This document shows positions 36,311 through 45,700 of a stretch of DNA of 64,000 nt, piece after piece. Within the stretch, counting starts at the first letter, position 1, and each line of letters starts with the position of its first letter. The DNA is from Nitrospiria bacterium (GTDB lineage Bacteria; Nitrospirota; Nitrospiria; JACQCE01), in the NCBI GenBank assembly GCA_035517195.1, contig DATIZH010000027.1, positions 3,581 to 67,580 of the forward strand, in the 5' to 3' direction. A model generated the notes under the pieces. It did no database searches. It saw nothing but the letters and a program-made list of their open reading frames with translations, and had not been told where the DNA came from. The translations under genes and the position numbers were made by a program.

Positions 36311-38212
36311 CTAGGTCGCCGAACCGCCTTTGAGTTTTTCGACGATCAACCTCGCTAACCCCGAAGGAATCCCCTTGACCGCTTCGATCTCCTCGCGCGA
36401 GGCGGCCCGGAGCTTGGCCAGGCTGCCGAAACGGCGCAACAGCAGCATCTTCCTCGCCTTTCCCAATCCAGGGATGTCGTCCAGGACGGAGACGACCAGC
36501 GCCTTGCCGCGCAGTTTGCGATGGTAACTGATGGCGAACCGGTGGGCCTCATCCCTGATCCGCTGCAGGAGATGGGTGGCCGGATGGCCCGGCGAGAGGA
36601 CGATCGGCTCGCTTTCATCGGGAAGAAAGACCCGTTCGAACTTCTCCCCCTTCGCCTTGGCCAGGCCGATGACGTCGGTCTCGCCCAGACTGAGCTGTTG
36701 CAGCACATTCACCGCGGCAGACAGTTGTCCCTTGCCGCCGTCGATGACAATCAAATCCGGGACGATCGACTCAGGGCGCGGCGCCGCCTCGCCGGCCCCC
36801 GCAGATCCAATCGCCCGCGCATACCGGCGATGGACCAGTTCCGCCATCATCCCAAAATCGTTCGGACCGGCGGTCTGCGTCATCCGGATGTGCCGATACT
36901 CTTCGGGGCGGAACTGCTCGTCGACCCAGACCACGCAGGCGCCGACCGCCTGATCGGCGGCCAGATTGGAGATGTCGAACGCGTCGATCCGGCGGGGCAC
37001 GCGTCCCAGCCCCAGCAACTGTTGCAACCGAACCGCCGCCTCCGTTTCCTTCTTGGCGACGGCGTCCCGGGCCGCCAGCGCCGCCCGGCCGTTCTCCTCG
37101 GCCAGCCGGACCAGGTCGCGGTCATGGCCACGTTGCGGCACCCGGAACGTGACCGGACCGCCCCGGCGCTGTCCCAGCCATTCCGTCAGCAACGCGCTGT
37201 CCGGCAGCGCCATGGAGACGACGATCTCCGGCGGGATCACCGTCTCACGGCTGTAATAATGCTCAATGGCCGAGGTGAGCAGCGCGGCGGGCTCCGAATC
37301 CGCCGGCTCGTGAAGGTAGAATTCCTTGCGGCCGACGATCATCCCCGCGCGAATAAATAACAACTGGATCACAAAAGTAAGGGCGGTTTGCAAACCGCCC
37401 CTACATTCGTTATCCCCATCGCCCCTTACGATCGCCCAGACATCCTGATCCTCCAACTTGGTCGACGTGATCCGCTGTTTTTCGAGAATCGCCTCGATGT
37501 GGGCGATCTGGTCGCGAATCCTGGCCGCCTCCTCGAAATTGAGCCGGGCCGATTCCGCCTCCATTCGCTCCCGAAGCGCATCCTGCAGCTCCGTCTCCCG
37601 TCCCTCCAGAAACAGCCGGACCTGATTGATCATGGCTTTATAATCGGCCTGGCTCTGATGGCCGGTGCAGGGGGCGAGGCACCGCTTGATCTCAAACTCG
37701 ACGCAGGGGCGCTCCGCCGTGCCGTCAATGGTGATGGTGCAATTCGGCAACGGAAAGATCCGGCGCAGCCACCGGAGCGTTTCCCGTAACGAATGCGTCG
37801 GGACATAGGGGCCGAAATAGAGCGCGCCGTCCGGCTTAACCCTCCGGACGATTTCCAATCGCGGATAGTCCTCCTTCATCGGCAGCCGCAGGAAGGGATA
37901 GTTCTTGTCGTCGCGCAGGATGACGTTGAACCGGGGCCGGTGCTTTTTGATCAGGTTGTTTTCAAGAATCAGCGCCTCCAGTTCGGAGCCGGTGACGATG
38001 TAATCGATCGCGGCGATCTGAGTAACCATCCGGGCTGTCTTCGGCGGATGATCGGCCCCCTGTTGAAAATAGGAGCGGACGCGGTCGGTCAGCCGCTTGG
38101 CCTTGCCGACGTAGAGGACGGCGCCCGTCCGGTCCTTCATCAGATAGACACCGGGAGATTTGGGCAACTGCCCGGCGGGGTCGCGATTCTTGTCTAGGAT
38201 AATCGACGCCAT
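36311..38212 (-). CDS. uvrC: Excinuclease ABC subunit C
   Basis: GIY-YIG N-terminus (PGVYLMKDRTGAVLYVGKAKRLTDRVRSYF), a UVR domain, an endonuclease V-like domain and a C-terminal (HhH)2 motif. Confidence 0.95.
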   Translation of the reverse strand: MASIILDKNRDPAGQLPKSPGVYLMKDRTGAVLYVGKAKRLTDRVRSYFQQGADHPPKTARMVTQIAAIDYIVTGSELEALILENNLIKKHRPRFNVILRDDKNYPFLRLPMKEDYPRLEIVRRVKPDGALYFGPYVPTHSLRETLRWLRRIFPLPNCTITIDGTAERPCVEFEIKRCLAPCTGHQSQADYKAMINQVRLFLEGRETELQDALRERMEAESARLNFEEAARIRDQIAHIEAILEKQRITSTKLEDQDVWAIVRGDGDNECRGGLQTALTFVIQLLFIRAGMIVGRKEFYLHEPADSEPAALLTSAIEHYYSRETVIPPEIVVSMALPDSALLTEWLGQRRGGPVTFRVPQRGHDRDLVRLAEENGRAALAARDAVAKKETEAAVRLQQLLGLGRVPRRIDAFDISNLAADQAVGACVVWVDEQFRPEEYRHIRMTQTAGPNDFGMMAELVHRRYARAIGSAGAGEAAPRPESIVPDLIVIDGGKGQLSAAVNVLQQLSLGETDVIGLAKAKGEKFERVFLPDESEPIVLSPGHPATHLLQRIRDEAHRFAISYHRKLRGKALVVSVLDDIPGLGKARKMLLLRRFGSLAKLRAASREEIEAVKGIPSGLARLIVEKLKGGSAT

Positions 38213-38225
38213 GAAAATAGAATAA

Positions 38226-38357
38226 CAGGGTAAAGGGTAAGGGGTAAAGGGAGATAACGCGTCCGGGTCTGGTGTATCCCTTGAGTCAAATAATCAATGG
38301 GGGCTTCGGGGGGAGAGAGCGTCTCCCCCCGACTTGAGCGAGTGCAAGGCACGAGCG
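38226..38357 (+). repeat. Composite repeat P of about 135 bp upstream of uvrC (inverted partner of Q)
   Basis: CAGGGTAAAGGGTAAGGGGTAAAGGGAGATAACGCGTCCGGGTCTGGTGTATCCCTTGAGTCAAATAATCAATGGGGGCTTCGGGGGGAGAGAGCGTCTCCCCCCGACTTGAGCGAGTGCAAGGCACGAGCGGG. Hairpin B is at 38308-38330. Confidence 0.85.
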
Positions 38358-38361
38358 GGAG

Positions 38362-38400
38362 AAACAAAAAACGACGCCCCGGAGATTTCTCTCCGGGGCG
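38362..38400 (-). terminator. Rho-independent terminator of the porin-like gene
   Basis: 11-bp perfect GC-rich stem CGCCCCGGAGA (38375-38385) with TCTCCGGGGCG (38390-38400) and a 4-nt loop. On the minus strand it is followed by TCGTTTTTTGTTTC, and it lies 28 nt after the stop codon. Confidence 0.85.
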
Positions 38401-38427
38401 TTGGAAGAACCGCTTTAAACCAGACGG

Positions 38428-39864
38428 TTAGAACGTGAAGACCGCCTTTGCCGAGAGCTTCCAGATGTTGGAGTTGGAGCCGGTCGTTGCATTAAAGTTA
38501 TTGTAAAAATCGGCCGCGCCGCTCCCGGTGATCAGGTAGCCCGCCCCGGCATAGAATGCCATGTTGTCATCCACGTTATACTTGGCATTCGCATCAAGCT
38601 CGTAGCCGATTTGTCTATTGTTGCACCCGGCGCATGGCACGGCCGCGGTCTGGGCATAGATCACGGCACCGCTGAGATCAAGCTTCTCGGTCGGCATCAT
38701 ATCGGCATGCAGCTTCACAGCGAATATGCCTGCGCCGTTCAACCCACCCCCCAGACTGCCTCCGTCGCGATCAGAGTACTGCTCGTTGTTCAACAAGATA
38801 TTGCCGAGCTGGAAGTTGCCGGAGATGTCGCTGACGGTGCCACTGCCAGTGGCTGAGGGCGACTTGCCAGCGGCATAGACCACCGTGCCACCCAATTTGG
38901 CTCCGCCGGCATCAGTCGTCACATCCCCCATCAAATTCCAACCGTTGAGGCGAACATCTGTCGCTCCTGGGCCTTGCTCAGCGTCCCCGAAGTCATAGCT
39001 CCCCTCTAATGCCAGGGCTAACGGGCCACTCTTGGCATCCAACGAAACGCCCAGATAGTTCACCCAGAGCTTGTTAACGCCCGGGAAGTAGGCTGTCAAC
39101 GGGGCTCCCAATGCCAGAGGCATTGTCGGATACATGGTCGCGCCGTTGTTGGTGCCCGGCGATTGATCATAGAGAAACGCATCATAGAGATTGATCAGAT
39201 GACTTCCACGGTCCATCCCCACGTTGACCAGCCAGACTGTCGTATCCTGATTGATGCCAACACCGTTAGGAAAGACCGACCCCGTCGGCGCCGCATCGTT
39301 GAGATCCGCGACCTGCAGCATGCTGGCCGTCACGGTGGTCGAGCCCATCGGCAGGACAACCGTGATGGCATCAGCCGTGCTGTCCAACACAATCCCGTGA
39401 CCGACTTTGATGGTCTGGCGGCCCAGGTATAGCCCCAGTCTTGTCAGGTCGATATGCAGGTATGCTTCCCGGATTCCGACGACATTATAGCTGTTGCCAA
39501 AACCGGCGCTGCCGAATCGGCAGTTGCCGGTTTGAGCAGTACCCGGCGGGAATGGAATCGGCGGGAATGGAATTGCCGGTGTCGTGCCATTCTGGAAACT
39601 CGACACATCGGATCCCGGAGAGCAGTTGGTGAAGTCCAGGACCACCACGCCCGTGGTGACGCCAGCCTTGATAGCGGTCTTGAGCCGGAACCGCAGATCG
39701 GCGAAGCGGGAGGAATCATCGGTCGATGAATTACCATCGAACAAATTATCATCCCAAAAAGCTCTGACCCGGAATTCCCCGCTGAAATTCACATCCACCG
39801 CATAGACCGGAAACGCCGCGAGCACGGTCACGAGCCCTACGGCAGCCACGAGCAGTTTTTTCAT
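38428..39864 (-). CDS. Outer-membrane beta-barrel (porin-like) protein
   Basis: Signal peptide MKKLLVAAVGLVTVLAAFPVYA, alternating beta-strand pattern, C-terminal ...KLSAKAVFTF ending in Phe, and its own terminator. Confidence 0.7.
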   Translation of the reverse strand: MKKLLVAAVGLVTVLAAFPVYAVDVNFSGEFRVRAFWDDNLFDGNSSTDDSSRFADLRFRLKTAIKAGVTTGVVVLDFTNCSPGSDVSSFQNGTTPAIPFPPIPFPPGTAQTGNCRFGSAGFGNSYNVVGIREAYLHIDLTRLGLYLGRQTIKVGHGIVLDSTADAITVVLPMGSTTVTASMLQVADLNDAAPTGSVFPNGVGINQDTTVWLVNVGMDRGSHLINLYDAFLYDQSPGTNNGATMYPTMPLALGAPLTAYFPGVNKLWVNYLGVSLDAKSGPLALALEGSYDFGDAEQGPGATDVRLNGWNLMGDVTTDAGGAKLGGTVVYAAGKSPSATGSGTVSDISGNFQLGNILLNNEQYSDRDGGSLGGGLNGAGIFAVKLHADMMPTEKLDLSGAVIYAQTAAVPCAGCNNRQIGYELDANAKYNVDDNMAFYAGAGYLITGSGAADFYNNFNATTGSNSNIWKLSAKAVFTF

Positions 39865-40039
39865 CTCTCCGTCCCTCCAAGGATGGGTCTGATGTGTGCG
39901 GCCCCATGCCGCATGTCAGCACTGCACTGCTACAGTCTGATCAGTGTGATGATAATTCCCTGAAAACTTTCGCAAATGTAGCACCCTTCCTGGAGGCTGT
40001 CAAGAAATATCTCTGATTTCCTCTTTAAAAACAGTCTTG

Positions 40040-40068
40040 TTGCTTCTCCCCATGGGCTACAGTATAAT
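40040..40068 (+). promoter_or_regulatory. Candidate sigma70 promoter of the arg cluster
   Basis: TTGCTT (40040-40045), a 17-nt spacer, TATAAT (40063-40068), about 50 nt upstream of argD. Confidence 0.5.
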
Positions 40069-40119
40069 GACGCCTTCATTCGTTATTATTCCTGCCCGAT
40101 CCTCAACGATACGAGACGC

Positions 40120-41373
40120 GTGATGGTACAGACACCACCCACTCAACAACCGGCCACCGCCGAACCGTCATTGCCGGCAAACGCCGATTGCTTGATGAAC
40201 ACTTACTTGCGCAGCCCAGTGCTGTTCGTGCGCGGCCACGGGGTGCGGGTGCAGGATCAGACGGGGCGCAGCTATCTCGATTTCGTCGGCGGCGTGGCGG
40301 TCAATGTCCTGGGCCATTGCCATCCGCACGTCGTCGAAGCGATCCGCGCCCAGTCGGAACGGCTCCTCCACGTCTCGAATCTTTATTACAATGACCCGCA
40401 GCTTCGCCTGGCCGGCGAGCTGGTCCGCCACTCGTTCGCCGACCAGGTCTTCTTCTGCAACAGCGGCGCCGAAGCGGTGGAGGCCGCCGTCAAGCTCGCG
40501 CGCAAATGGGCCAAGCAACACCGGCCGCTTGCCGACGGCGAGGCCGCGCACGAAATCCTGGCGATGGAGGGCTCCTTCCACGGCCGGACGATGGGCGCGC
40601 TGTCGGCCACCGGTCAGCCCAAGCTCCAGATGGGTTTCGAACCCCTGCTGCCCGGGTTCCGCCACCTGCCCTACAATGATCTGGACGCCGTGGCCGGGTC
40701 GATCACGCCACGCACGGCCGCCGTCATCGTCGAACCGATTCAGGGCGAGGGGGGCGTCCGGATTCCAAGCCCCGGCTATCTGACCGGCCTGCGACGGCTC
40801 TGCACCGAACGCAACATCCTGCTGATCTTCGACGAGGTTCAGACCGGCGTGGGGCGCACGGGGCGGCTCTTCGCCTATCAGCATGAATCCGCCTCGGGCG
40901 GAGCCGTGCCCGATCTGATGACGCTGGCCAAGGGGCTGGGCGGCGGACTGCCGATCGGGGCCCTTCTGGCCACGCGCCGCGCGGCCGAATGCTTCACCCC
41001 CGGCAGCCACGCCAGCACCTTCGGCGGCAATCCGCTGGTCTGCGCCGCCGCGCTGGCGACGCTCGATGTGATCCACGGCGAGGGGCTGCTGCCGCTCTGC
41101 CATGAGATGGGCGACTATCTGCTGGGTCGATTGCAGGTGCTCCGCTCCCGCCGGTCGATCATCAGCGAGGTGCGGGGCCGGGGGCTGCTGGTCGGCATCG
41201 AACTGCTCACAGCGGGCCGGCCGATCATGGAGGCCTGCCTGGCGGAAGGGCTCCTGATCAACGTCACGGCCGAGCGGGTGCTCCGGTTGATGCCGCCGCT
41301 GATCGTGACGCGCCACGAGATCGACGAGGCCATTGCCATTCTGGACCGGGTGCTCTCCAGAACCGACGCATGA
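40120..41373 (+). CDS. argD: Acetylornithine aminotransferase
   Basis: Class III aminotransferase blocks: FCNSGAEAVEAAVKLARK, DEVQTGVGRTG and TLAKGLGGGLPIGA (PLP-binding Lys). Confidence 0.92.
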   Translation: MMVQTPPTQQPATAEPSLPANADCLMNTYLRSPVLFVRGHGVRVQDQTGRSYLDFVGGVAVNVLGHCHPHVVEAIRAQSERLLHVSNLYYNDPQLRLAGELVRHSFADQVFFCNSGAEAVEAAVKLARKWAKQHRPLADGEAAHEILAMEGSFHGRTMGALSATGQPKLQMGFEPLLPGFRHLPYNDLDAVAGSITPRTAAVIVEPIQGEGGVRIPSPGYLTGLRRLCTERNILLIFDEVQTGVGRTGRLFAYQHESASGGAVPDLMTLAKGLGGGLPIGALLATRRAAECFTPGSHASTFGGNPLVCAAALATLDVIHGEGLLPLCHEMGDYLLGRLQVLRSRRSIISEVRGRGLLVGIELLTAGRPIMEACLAEGLLINVTAERVLRLMPPLIVTRHEIDEAIAILDRVLSRTDA

Positions 41374-42401
41374 CCGCCACGTTGGACGCTCATCGCGCCG
41401 CGGCCTTCCATGCCCACATGACCGAACCCTCGTCTTCATCGCCCCGAATGTCCGCCGCGTCGTCGACGCCCGGCGCCTCCGCCCGCCACCTCCTCCGCGT
41501 CCTCGATCTGCCGACCGAAGCCATCAACGGGCTGATCAACAGGGCCGTCGAGCTGAAGAAATCCGGGGCCGCCGCCTCTCCGGGCGCGCTCGCCCTCCGG
41601 GGCAAAACGCTCGGACTGATCTTCCAGAAAGCCTCGACCCGGACGCGCATCTCGTTCGAGGTGGCCATGACCCAGTTGGGCGGCCATTCGCTGTTTCTCT
41701 CCGCCGATGAATTGCAACTGGGGCGCGGCGAGCCGATTGCCGACACGGCCTGCGTCCTGTCCGGCTATCTGGACGGCCTCGTCATCCGCACGTTCGAGCA
41801 CGCCACGCTGGAGTCGTGGGCGTCGAACGCGGCGATCCCCGTCATCAACGGCCTGACCGATCTGCACCATCCCTGCCAGGCGTTGTCCGACCTGATGACG
41901 ATTCAAGAGCGATTTGGCCGGCTGGCGGGATTGAGGCTCGCCTACATCGGCGACGGCAACAACGTCGCCCATTCGCTGATCGAAGCGGCCGCCCGCACCG
42001 GGCTGTCGATCGTGCTCGCCTGCCCGAAGGGTTACCGGCCCGATCAGGCCATTCTGTCGCGCGCCAGGGACGAAGCCCGCGCGACCGGCTCGACAATCGA
42101 GTTGACCACCGACCCGGCCGCGGCGGCCGAGGACAGCCACATCCTCTACACCGACGTCTGGACCAGCATGGGCCAGGAGCGGCAGGCCGCCCGTCGCCGG
42201 AAGGCGTTTCGCGCCTATCAGGTGAACCGGACGCTCGTCAAACGGGCTCGGCCCGAGGCCATCGTGCTACACTGTCTGCCGGCCCATCGGGGCGAGGAAA
42301 TCACCGATGAGGTCATGGACAGCCCCCGCTCGGCGATCTTTCAGCAGGCCGAGAACCGGCTGCACATGCAAAAAGCGCTGCTGGAACGGCTGTTGCGATA
42401 A
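41370..42401 (+). CDS. argF: Ornithine carbamoyltransferase
   Basis: Motifs STRTR, HPCQALSD and HCLPAHRGEE. The ATG at 41370 overlaps the argD stop as ATGA. A later start (MSAASSTPG..., about 41448) would remove a non-conserved leader of about 26 aa. Confidence 0.9.
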   Translation: MTATLDAHRAAAFHAHMTEPSSSSPRMSAASSTPGASARHLLRVLDLPTEAINGLINRAVELKKSGAAASPGALALRGKTLGLIFQKASTRTRISFEVAMTQLGGHSLFLSADELQLGRGEPIADTACVLSGYLDGLVIRTFEHATLESWASNAAIPVINGLTDLHHPCQALSDLMTIQERFGRLAGLRLAYIGDGNNVAHSLIEAAARTGLSIVLACPKGYRPDQAILSRARDEARATGSTIELTTDPAAAAEDSHILYTDVWTSMGQERQAARRRKAFRAYQVNRTLVKRARPEAIVLHCLPAHRGEEITDEVMDSPRSAIFQQAENRLHMQKALLERLLR

Positions 42402-42403
42402 CA

Positions 42404-42470
42404 ACGGGGACAGATTTATTTTTGATACATATAAGATTGATGATCGGGAAAAATAAATCTGTCCCCGTTT
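42404..42470. promoter_or_regulatory. Perfect 21-bp inverted repeat with an AT-rich core, between argF and argG
   Basis: AACGGGGACAGATTTATTTTT (42404-42424), a 25-nt loop, then AAAAATAAATCTGTCCCCGTT (42450-42470). The 18-mer AAAAATAAATCTGTCCCC recurs at 1711-1728. Confidence 0.8.
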
Positions 42471-42497
42471 ACCCATGTTTGGACGAGGGATGTTTCT

Positions 42498-43730
42498 GTG
42501 AATAAAAAAATCACCACCGTCGTCCTCGCCTATTCAGGCGGTCTGGACACCTCCGTCGCCATCCCGTGGCTCAGGGAGCAGTACCGCTGCGACGTGATCG
42601 CCTTCTGCGCCGACATCGGCCAGCGGGAGGATTTGGCCGCCGCGCGCGACAAGGCGCTCAAGTGCGGCGCAGTCAAGGTCTCGGTGCAGGATCTGCGGGA
42701 GACGTTCGTGCGCGACTACGTGTTCCCCATGCTTCGGGTCAACGCCGTCTACGAGGGCGGCTATTTGCTCGGCACGTCGATCGCGCGCCCGCTGATCGCC
42801 AAGGCCCAGGTCGAGCTGGCGCTCAAGGAACGGGCCGACGCCGTCGCACACGGCGCCACCGGCAAGGGAAACGACCAGTTGCGCTTTGAATTTACCTATC
42901 AGGCGCTCGCCCCCGAGGTGGCCGTCATCGCCCCCTGGCGTGAATGGTCCTTCGACTCCAGGCAGTCGCTGATCGACTATGCCGAGCGCCGCCAGATTCC
43001 GGTCGCGGCGACAAAAACCAAGCCCTACAGCATTGATCGGAACCTCTTCCACACGAGCTACGAAGGGGGAATCCTCGAAGATCCCTGGGCCGAGCCGCCG
43101 GAGGAGCTCTTCACGTGGACCCGCTCGCCCCGCCTGGCGCCCGATGAACCAGCGGTGATCGAAATTGGCTACGAGGCGGGCGATCCCGTTTCGATCAACG
43201 GAAAGCGGCTCGCGCCGGCCACGTTGCTCGATCGGCTCAACGCGCTGGGGGCCGAACACGGCATCGGCCGCCTGGATCTGGTGGAAAACCGCTACGTCGG
43301 CATCAAATCTCGCGGCGTCTATGAAACGCCGGGCGGCACGCTGCTCCATCTGGCCCACCGGGCGGTTGAATCGCTGACGCTTGATCGCGAGGTGCTCCAT
43401 CTGCGCGACAGTTTGATCCCGAACTATGCCGAGATGGTCTACTATGGCTACTGGTTTTCGCCCGAACGGGCGATGCTGCAGGTCGCCATCGATCAGGCGC
43501 AGGCGCCGGTCACCGGCACGGCCAGGCTCCGCCTCTATAAAGGACAGGCGGCCGTGATCGGCCGAAAAGCGCCCGCCTCGCTCTACCGGCCCGCCCTGTC
43601 GACCTTTGAGCGCGGGGAGGGATTCGATCAACGTGACGCATCAGGCTTTATCCGACTAAACGCGTTGCGATTGCGATTGCAGGCAAAGAAGAAAACGGGG
43701 TTAGAAAAGAAAAAGCGGAGCAAGGGGTAG
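42498..43730 (+). CDS. argG: Argininosuccinate synthase
   Basis: Blocks AYSGGLDTS and GATGKGNDQ(L)RFE. GTG start. The Lys-rich C-terminal tail [16 protein letters not shown] is encoded by purine-rich repeat-like DNA. Confidence 0.93.
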   Translation: MNKKITTVVLAYSGGLDTSVAIPWLREQYRCDVIAFCADIGQREDLAAARDKALKCGAVKVSVQDLRETFVRDYVFPMLRVNAVYEGGYLLGTSIARPLIAKAQVELALKERADAVAHGATGKGNDQLRFEFTYQALAPEVAVIAPWREWSFDSRQSLIDYAERRQIPVAATKTKPYSIDRNLFHTSYEGGILEDPWAEPPEELFTWTRSPRLAPDEPAVIEIGYEAGDPVSINGKRLAPATLLDRLNALGAEHGIGRLDLVENRYVGIKSRGVYETPGGTLLHLAHRAVESLTLDREVLHLRDSLIPNYAEMVYYGYWFSPERAMLQVAIDQAQAPVTGTARLRLYKGQAAVIGRKAPASLYRPALSTFERGEGFDQRDASGFIRLNALRLRLQAKKKTGLEKKKRSKG

Positions 43731-43925
43731 TGATAAAAAAACGGATTAGCAGAGAAAGGGCGGATTAAGGATTAATGATGAAATGGCGGGATAGGAGTAC
43801 AACACGCGCTGTTTTTCACTTCATCCGTTCTTGCCCCAGTAATCCTTGCCCTGCAGTTGCCTCGCTAAGCCGCCTTTGTCCCATGAATCCTTACCCCGTC
43901 TTTTCCCCACTCATCCGCTTTTACC
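43685..43925. repeat. G-arm and C-arm module in the argG-argH spacer
   Basis: Purine/G-rich arm ...ACGGATTAGCAGAGAAAGGGCGGATTAAGGATTAATGATGAAATGGCGGGATAGGAG. Pyrimidine/C-rich arm CACTTCATCCGTTCTTGCCCCAGTAATCCTTGCCC...CCATGAATCCTTACCCCGTCTTTTCCCCACTCATCCGC. Confidence 0.75.
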
Positions 43926-43945
43926 TCTGACCTAGAGGACCGACG

Positions 43946-45391
43946 ATGCCGAAGACGCCGAAGAAATCGCCGTCAAAGAAAAAAGCCCGGCCGACTCCCC
44001 CTCGACCAACAGCGCCGGTCTCCCCGTCCTCCAAAGCGTGGTCCGGACGGCTGGCGGCGACCGATCCCGCCGTGGAGCAATTCACCTCGTCGCTGCCGTT
44101 CGACCGGCGCCTGTACGCACACGACATCACGGGCAGCATCGCCCACTGCCAGGGGCTGCATGAAGCGGGGCTGCTGTCCGAGGAGGAGACCGAGCAGATC
44201 CGGGCCGGTCTGGCCGAGATCGAGGAGGAGATCCGACACGGCCGGTTTGCATTTCTCCCGACGGACGAGGATATCCACATGGCCGTTGAGCGGCGCCTGA
44301 TCGAACGGATCGGGCCCTCGGGCGCCAAACTCCACACGGGACGGAGCCGGAACGACCAGATCGCCCTTGACCTACGGCTCTACGTCCGCGAGGAAGCGAC
44401 CGCGATCATGGGCTTGATCCGGGCGCTGCAACAGGCGCTGGTCGCGCTGGCCAAAGCCCACCTCGGGATTCCGATGCCCGGGTACACCCACCTGCAGCGG
44501 GCCCAGCCGGTGCTCCTGAGCCATCACTGGCTCGCCTATCACGACATGCTCGAGCGCGACTACGGCCGGTTCAATGACGGCCTCAAGCGGGCGCTGTCTC
44601 TGCCCCTCGGCGCGGGCGCGCTGGCCGGCACCAATTATGCCGTGTCCCGCAAACGGCTCTCCGAACTGTTGGGCTTTCCGGCCATGACGTCCAACAGCCT
44701 CGACGCCGTCAGCGATCGCGATTTTGTCATCGAACTGCTGTCCGCCTCCGCCCTGTTGATGGTCCATCTCTCCCGTCTGGGGGAGGAGCTCGTCCTCTGG
44801 TCGTCGCAGGAATTCGATTTTCTCGAATTGCCCGAAACCTTCTGCACGGGCAGCAGCATGATGCCGCAGAAGCGGAATCCCGACGTCGCCGAATTGGTGC
44901 GCGGCAAAAGCGGCCGGGTCATCGGCGCCCTCGTCGCGCTGCTGACGCTGATCAAAGGGCTGCCGCTCAGTTACAACCGCGATCTTCAGGAGGATAAGCC
45001 GCCGCTCTTCGATGCGGTGGACACGGTCAAATCGGTCCTGGTCATCCTGGTCCGCCTTCTGCCCGGTCTCATTGTGCACCGGGAGCGGCTGGAACGGGCG
45101 GCCGGCGACAGCCTGCTGCTGGCCACCGATCTGGCCGATTATCTGGCGCTCAAAGGCGTCCCCTTCCGGCAGGCCCATGCCATCGTCGGGCAGGTCGTCC
45201 GGTATGCCCTGGAGCGGAAGAAAGCGCTGACCGTCCTTTCCCCCGCCGAGTGGCGCCGCTTCTCCAAACAGTTCGGCCCCGATCTGAAACCGTACCTGAC
45301 CCTCCAGCAATCGCTGGCCCGCAAGGCGCAACCAGGTGCGACAGCGATGAGCCAGGTGGCGGCGAGGATTAAAGAGCTGGAGCGGCAATGA
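43946..45391 (+). CDS. argH: Argininosuccinate lyase with a Lys/Pro-rich N-terminal extension
   Basis: Signature GSSMMPQKRNPD. The conserved start region ...AWSGRL is preceded by about 30 aa (MPKTPKKSPSKKKARPTPPRPTAPVSPSS), with no alternative in-frame ATG, GTG or TTG. Confidence 0.92.
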   Translation: MPKTPKKSPSKKKARPTPPRPTAPVSPSSKAWSGRLAATDPAVEQFTSSLPFDRRLYAHDITGSIAHCQGLHEAGLLSEEETEQIRAGLAEIEEEIRHGRFAFLPTDEDIHMAVERRLIERIGPSGAKLHTGRSRNDQIALDLRLYVREEATAIMGLIRALQQALVALAKAHLGIPMPGYTHLQRAQPVLLSHHWLAYHDMLERDYGRFNDGLKRALSLPLGAGALAGTNYAVSRKRLSELLGFPAMTSNSLDAVSDRDFVIELLSASALLMVHLSRLGEELVLWSSQEFDFLELPETFCTGSSMMPQKRNPDVAELVRGKSGRVIGALVALLTLIKGLPLSYNRDLQEDKPPLFDAVDTVKSVLVILVRLLPGLIVHRERLERAAGDSLLLATDLADYLALKGVPFRQAHAIVGQVVRYALERKKALTVLSPAEWRRFSKQFGPDLKPYLTLQQSLARKAQPGATAMSQVAARIKELERQ

Positions 45392-45700
45392 AGGGTCAAG
45401 GGTCCAGGGTCATTGGGGAATGGCAACAATGAAAAGCGTATGGCCATGGGGGACCGGTGGAGTGCGGGGCATGGGGGCATTGGAAGACGATGCATGTTTC
45501 CGCACGGGCCCCCATTACAAATGACCATCTCCCCCGTCCGCCTTCGGCGAATGAGCCAGCCAGAAGCGCGGGCGGATACACAGCAAGGACCAAATGGCAA
45601 GGGTCAAGGAAAGCAGAAGAAGGCCCACCGGCATGTTCATGTTCCCTTGACCCCCGACCCCTGCCCCTTGACCTGTTCCACTCTACTCTTGACCCTGCTC
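45392..45700. repeat. Nested repeat block after argH: G-arm, inverted hairpin A, second G-arm, C-arm
   Basis: AGGGTCAAGGGTCCAGGGTC (45392-45411). Hairpin A in reverse orientation at 45471-45515. GGCAAGGGTCAAGG at 45597-45610. CCCTTGACCCCCGACCCCTGCCCCTTGACC...CTCTTGACCCTGCTC at 45644-45700. Confidence 0.8.
45471..45515 (-). repeat. Hairpin A copy in reverse orientation, with stem ATGGGGGC/GCCCCCAT
   Basis: Reverse complement is ATGGGGGCCCGTGCGGAAACATGCATCGTCTTCCAATGCCCCCAT. The first and last stem positions are changed together relative to GTGGGGGC/GCCCCCAC. Confidence 0.8.

Noticed and set aside
40069-40100. ARG box (ArgR operator) just downstream of the candidate argD promoter (TTCATTCGTTATTATTCC).
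   Set aside because: It is AT-rich and well placed. However, it lacks the dyad symmetry of the TNTGAATWWWWATTCANW consensus, and no second box is visible.
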